Shown: piece by piece, positions 32,324 to 35,689 of the stretch | How the letters are laid out: every line of letters begins with the position of its first letter | Position numbering within the stretch: the first letter of the stretch is position 1 | DNA from: Spirochaetaceae bacterium | GTDB taxonomy: Bacteria; Spirochaetota; Spirochaetia; Treponematales; Treponemataceae | NCBI GenBank assembly: GCA_031272345.1 | Contig: JAISTZ010000146.1 | Coordinates: forward strand, 1-35,689 | Direction: 5' to 3' | Length of the DNA: 35,689 nt | Position numbers and translations under genes: made by a program | The notes under the pieces: model-generated | What the model was told of the DNA's origin: nothing | What the model saw: the letters and a program-made list of their open reading frames with translations, nothing else | The model's database searches: none

Positions 32324-33595
32324 ATGGAAGCGGCAATGGCGGAGGCCCTCGATTTATTCACCTCCCAGGGGCGGTATTTTTTGTCCGGCGTCTTCTCCAG
32401 ACCCGCCAGGGGAAGCGCCCTGCCCTGGCCGCCCCTCCTCTCCCCGCCCCTTCCGCCTGACGCCGGGGGCCCTCTGGAAAAGCTTGCCCTCAAACCCGGA
32501 GCCGCCGGGGGCTACTTCGCCGAGTTCTTTACCAGGGACAAGGCCTTCCACCGGTCCTTCTCCCAGGGGGAGATTCTTTCCCTGGTTGAAACCCTGTGCC
32601 CCAGCCGCTTCAGGACCCTCACCCTGCGCTTCCGTCTGCCCGAATCAATCCTTACCGCGACCCTGGTGTCGAACAGGCGGGGCCGGTTCACCCTGCTCAG
32701 GAGCGAAGAACCGGCCGGTCCGGCGGAACAGGCGGAAAGCGGCCGGGCTGAAGGGGGGGCGCGCCCCATCATCCCCGAGGGGATTGCCGCGCCCTTTTTG
32801 GTGCGCCTCGGTGTTATGACCCCCCAGGGGCGGGTCATCGCGGCAAGGCGGGGGAAATTCCGGCAGATAAACCGCTTCCTGGAACAGGTTGACTACCTGG
32901 TGAAGGCGCTGGATGCCCGCCGGGGGGACGCCGCTGGGACCTTCACCATCGCGGACCTGGGGAGCGGCAAATCCTACCTCTCCTTTGCCGTGCACTATCT
33001 CTTTACGGCGGTGTACAAGCGCCCCGTGTCCATCACGGGGATCGACAGGAAGGCCGCCCTGGTGCGGGACTGCAACACCCTGGCGGAACACCTCTCCTGC
33101 CCGGGGCTTTCGTTCACCCCCGGGGACCTGGAGGACCTCCTGGGGGACGGGGCCGGCGGTGTCCCGCCCCCGGACCTGCTCATCTCCCTCCACGCCTGCG
33201 ACACCGCCACGGACTACGCCCTGGCCTACGGAATCCTCCGGGGGGTCCACGGAATCATCGCGGTCCCCTGCTGCCAGCATGAGCTGAATGGTCTCCTTGA
33301 CAAAAAAAGCTGCCCACCCGAATTCGCCCCCTTCCTTGCCCACGGGCTCCTCAAGGAGCGGTTTTCCGCCCTCGCCACGGACGCCCTCCGAATCGAGGCC
33401 CTCGAAGGGGCGGGGTACAGGGTGGACGCCCTGGAATTCGTTGACCCGGAGGACACGCCCAAGAATCTCCTGATCCGGGCGGTCAAAAAAAACCGGCCCC
33501 CCCAGGGTTCCGGCGGCGCCCTCAGGGAGGCCCTGGGGGTCAAACTTTCCCTGGAAAAATTACTCGAAAGTTCCGTCACCCCTAAAAATGACTAA
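32324..33595 (+). CDS. Class I SAM-dependent methyltransferase (Methyltransf_32-like) with an N-terminal domain of unknown function.
   Basis: The ATG at 32324 is 4 nt after the uvrC stop. It carries FRQINRFLE, motif I IADLGSGKSYLSF, the SLHACDTATD loop and VPCCQHE. Confidence 0.75.
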   Translation: MEAAMAEALDLFTSQGRYFLSGVFSRPARGSALPWPPLLSPPLPPDAGGPLEKLALKPGAAGGYFAEFFTRDKAFHRSFSQGEILSLVETLCPSRFRTLTLRFRLPESILTATLVSNRRGRFTLLRSEEPAGPAEQAESGRAEGGARPIIPEGIAAPFLVRLGVMTPQGRVIAARRGKFRQINRFLEQVDYLVKALDARRGDAAGTFTIADLGSGKSYLSFAVHYLFTAVYKRPVSITGIDRKAALVRDCNTLAEHLSCPGLSFTPGDLEDLLGDGAGGVPPPDLLISLHACDTATDYALAYGILRGVHGIIAVPCCQHELNGLLDKKSCPPEFAPFLAHGLLKERFSALATDALRIEALEGAGYRVDALEFVDPEDTPKNLLIRAVKKNRPPQGSGGALREALGVKLSLEKLLESSVTPKND

Positions 33596-33622
33596 AATTT
33601 TATAAAAAAATCGAAATTCCCC

Positions 33623-33651
33623 TTGACAAAATCGTTCTGTTACTCTATATA
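33623..33651 (+). promoter_or_regulatory. Sigma70-like promoter upstream of trpD.
   Basis: TTGACA (33623-33628), a 17-nt spacer, then TATATA (33646-33651). It sits in an AT-rich intergenic tract. Confidence 0.55.
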
Positions 33652-33659
33652 GATACAGA

Positions 33660-33681
33660 GTGTTTCTACTTATAGAAACAC
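33660..33681 (+). promoter_or_regulatory. Perfect 9-bp inverted repeat in the trpD leader, either an operator or a small attenuator hairpin.
   Basis: GTGTTTCTA-ctta-TAGAAACAC, immediately downstream of the putative -10 and followed by AATTTT. AGGAG lies at 33692-33696 and the ATG at 33703. Confidence 0.4.
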
Positions 33682-33702
33682 AATTTTGAACAGGAGACAC
33701 CG

Positions 33703-34716
33703 ATGATAAAAGAAGCGATCAGTCTGGCCGCCAAGCGGCAAAACCTGTCCTATGACATGGCCCTGGAGTCCATGAACGAAATCATGGAGGGCAAGGCCAG
33801 CGAGATTCAGATGGCGGCGTTTCTCACCGCCATGACCGTGAAGGGCGAGACCATCGAGGAGATCACCGCCTGCGCCGCCGGGATGCGCGCCCACTGTGTG
33901 CGGCTCCTCCACGAGATGGACGTGCTGGAAATCGTGGGCACCGGGGGGGATTTTTCCAATTCCTTCAACATTTCCACCACCTCTGCCATGGTGATTTCCG
34001 CCTGCGGTGTGCCCGTGGCAAAGCACGGGAACCGGGCCGCGTCCAGCAGGAGCGGCGCCGCGGACGTGCTGGAAAGCCTGGGGGTGGACATCACGATTCC
34101 CCCGGAAAAGAGTGTTCGGCTCCTCCAGAAAATCAACCTGTGCTTCCTCTTTGCCCAGAACTACCACATCTCCATGAAGTACGTGGCTCCGGTGCGCCGG
34201 GAGCTCGGCATCAGGACGATTTTCAACATCCTGGGGCCCCTGGTGAATCCGGCAGGGGCGAACATGGAGCTCCTGGGGGTCTACGACGAGTCCCTCATCG
34301 AGCCCCTGGCGAAGGTGCTTTCCAACCTGGGGGTAAAGCGCGCCATGGTGGTCTTCGGGCAGGATGGGTTCGACGAAATGTCCCTCTCCGCGCCCACGTC
34401 GGTCTGCGAGGTGCGGGACGGCAGCTTCCGCTCCTACGTGATGGAACCCGAGGAGTTCGGCCTGGGGCGCTGCAAGAAGGAGGACCTGATCGGCGGCAGT
34501 CCCCAGGAAAACGCCGCAATAACCCGCGCCATCCTTGGGGGAAAACCCGGCCCCAAGCGGGACGCGGTGCTCCTCAATTCAGCCGCGGCGATCCACATCG
34601 CCAGGCCGGAGGTCTCCATAAAAGACGCCCTGTCCCTCGCGGCAAACGCGATCGATTCGGGCAAGGCCAAGGAGCAGATGGAACAGCTCGCATCGCTTTC
34701 CAGGGGGGATGTATAG
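33703..34716 (+). CDS. trpD: Anthranilate phosphoribosyltransferase.
   Basis: 337 aa. It has GTGGDFSNSFNISTTSAMVISACGVPVAKHGNRAASSRSGAADVLESLGV, the TrpD PRPP-binding signatures. No other trp genes are in the window. Confidence 0.85.
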   Translation: MIKEAISLAAKRQNLSYDMALESMNEIMEGKASEIQMAAFLTAMTVKGETIEEITACAAGMRAHCVRLLHEMDVLEIVGTGGDFSNSFNISTTSAMVISACGVPVAKHGNRAASSRSGAADVLESLGVDITIPPEKSVRLLQKINLCFLFAQNYHISMKYVAPVRRELGIRTIFNILGPLVNPAGANMELLGVYDESLIEPLAKVLSNLGVKRAMVVFGQDGFDEMSLSAPTSVCEVRDGSFRSYVMEPEEFGLGRCKKEDLIGGSPQENAAITRAILGGKPGPKRDAVLLNSAAAIHIARPEVSIKDALSLAANAIDSGKAKEQMEQLASLSRGDV

Positions 34717-34841
34717 ATTCTGGGGAACCGATTTCCTCGGAAGCCTTCGAGCGGGGCGTGGGCGGCAAGGGCCTGAACCAGGCAATCGCCCTGGCAGACC
34801 GCATGGCCGTGGAAATCTACTCGGAGTTTTTCAAACCCTGA
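34716..34841 (+). pseudogene. Short remnant of a PfkB/ribokinase-family gene (41 codons).
   Basis: My translation is DSGEPISSEAFERGVGGKGLNQAIALADRMAVEIYSEFFKP*. It contains the ribokinase N-terminal signature (PGE...F....GGKG.NQA.A.A). The first ~35 residues and everything after about residue 75 of a normal ribokinase are missing. It ends about 15 nt before GC content collapses. Confidence 0.35.
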
Positions 34842-35014
34842 TGCCGTGCGGGGTTGACATTATTATTGCACAGTTTTTTTGTTTGAGGTAAATTCTCTTC
34901 GTGATGTTGTGGAATTACTTTAAATTGTATTTCATTTAGACCACCGAATTCTTCTCCGTCAAATGAGAGTATTTCATCTAACCATTTGGCGTAAAAGACA
35001 GCACAGTTTGGCAT
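34817..35014 (-). other. Low-GC 65-aa ORF spanning the GC-content junction, possibly the remnant of a foreign gene such as a restriction-enzyme tail.
   Basis: ATG at 35014. The product is MPNCAVFYAKWLDEILSFDGEEFGGLNEIQFKVIPQHHEENLPQ.... The frame is open for 13 further codons upstream. It lies downstream of the methyltransferase fragment on the same strand. The last ~15 codons read into GC-rich host sequence. Confidence 0.2.
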
Positions 35015-35153
35015 TAAATCTATTAATTTTACATTCGCAACACATGGGTTTTTTCAGGGCTGGCGTTTCGCAGAACAGAACGGTAGCCCCGGAGGTGTGG
35101 CGCGTCCGTGCCGGAGCAGTTGCTGTTCATTATGTGCTGTTACCCTGCCGTAT

Positions 35154-35689
35154 TTACGCAAACAATGCCAGCTCAGAAACCGGCTTTAGCACGGATTCAT
35201 TATAATCGGACAATATATGGTAATGCAGATTGGCATAATGCCTGGCGGCTATTTTTTGCAAGTCCAGGGAATTTAAAACATCAGTTGTTATTGGGCGCTT
35301 AGAATCCCAGAATATAATGGAATTAAAATATTCAATGGATTCACGGCTCATTAATAGCGAATAGATTATTTCCGCCTCGGACTCCATGTTACAGGAAATA
35401 AAATTGCAGGTATCGTCTACCATAACACACTTGTCATCTTGAGGCAGAAGCAATTGAAATGATAGCCGTTTATACAACCCGGAGATTGCAATTTTTATTG
35501 GTTGAAAACTATATGCTCCTATTGAAAATATAGAGAACGGTGGTTTGTTTTTGTATATTGAACTTTTTCGCGTCTCGAAATTTTTCATGTAAGAACATAG
35601 GTAATCCCATGTTTTAGGATATTTTGTTTTGATGTACTTTGTATCTTCCCCTACTTTTGTCTGCGGTATGATTACCATTTTTTTTGCAA
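35154..35689 (-). CDS. DNA methyltransferase, C-terminal (target-recognition, TaqI_C-like) portion. Partial at the window edge.
   Basis: The frame stays open upstream of the ATG at 35678 to the window end (..AKKMVIIPQ). YPKTWDYLCSYMKNFETRKSSIYKNKPPFSIFSIGAYSFQPIKIAISGLYKRLSFQLL...VMVDDTCNFISC matches, from memory, the C-terminal region of gamma-class N6-adenine restriction-modification methylases. The segment is very AT-rich relative to the backbone. Confidence 0.6.
   Translation of the reverse strand, partial: AKKMVIIPQTKVGEDTKYIKTKYPKTWDYLCSYMKNFETRKSSIYKNKPPFSIFSIGAYSFQPIKIAISGLYKRLSFQLLLPQDDKCVMVDDTCNFISCNMESEAEIIYSLLMSRESIEYFNSIIFWDSKRPITTDVLNSLDLQKIAARHYANLHYHILSDYNESVLKPVSELALFA

Noticed and set aside
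34854-34882. A TTGACA hexamer at the GC/AT junction, considered as a promoter.
   Set aside because: No acceptable -10 hexamer lies 16-19 nt downstream (TTTTGT), and no downstream plus-strand gene is evident.
34963-35302. Plus-strand ORFs of 80 aa and 64 aa in the AT-rich terminal segment.
   Set aside because: They have no SD or family signal. They overlap the better-supported minus-strand methyltransferase fragment and look like chance frames.
1-35689. Scan for CRISPR arrays, rRNA or tRNA genes, IS elements, integrases and long tandem repeats.
   Set aside because: I saw no regularly spaced direct repeats, no rRNA-like or cloverleaf sequences in the intergenic regions, and no transposase or integrase-like ORFs. 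This was a by-eye scan, so short or degenerate elements could have been missed.

Overview
This is a GC-rich bacterial chromosomal window with strongly GC3-biased codons. Gene content hints at a spirochaete-like organism (a FliG paralogue, many secreted or lipoprotein hypotheticals), but taxonomy cannot be verified from here. I support about 40 protein-coding genes.

The first part is a housekeeping backbone:
- Minus-strand run at 1-4511: a possible rsmG N-terminus, a secreted hypothetical, an HExxH protein, rsmE, tyrS and a membrane-anchored protein.
- Translationally coupled plus-strand operon at 5875-10691: rplU, prp, rpmA, obg, nadD, yqeK, an LCP-family gene and rsfS.
- Then a GT4 glycosyltransferase, a DEAD-box helicase, a phosphohexomutase, a FliG paralogue coupled to a secreted HEAT-repeat protein, uvrC, a SAM methyltransferase and an orphan trpD.

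Three patches are visibly lower in GC and look accessory:
- 4885-5725: a UPF0175 / DUF3368-PIN toxin-antitoxin pair.
- 14872-16880: a DUF1566 lipoprotein plus a PIN toxin-first pair, flanked by an imperfect direct repeat.
- 34857 to the window end: a truncated DNA methyltransferase next to a PfkB/ribokinase-like gene stub.

The most interesting region is 20906-30668. A GGT/CapD-like lipoprotein is followed by a tight six-cistron operon: a secreted DUF protein, an orphan DctM-like permease, an untracked 47-aa membrane peptide, an M14/AstE-like ectoenzyme, a PgsB/CapB-like ligase, and a PgsC/CapC domain fused to a ~250-aa extra domain. A second M14-like lipoprotein and a LamG/FN3 secreted protein converge on it. 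I read this as a non-canonical, PgsA-less poly-gamma-glutamate-type synthesis, turnover and transport system.

I found no rRNA, tRNA, CRISPR array, transposase or integrase. All family assignments come from motif recognition by eye and need HMM or BLAST confirmation.
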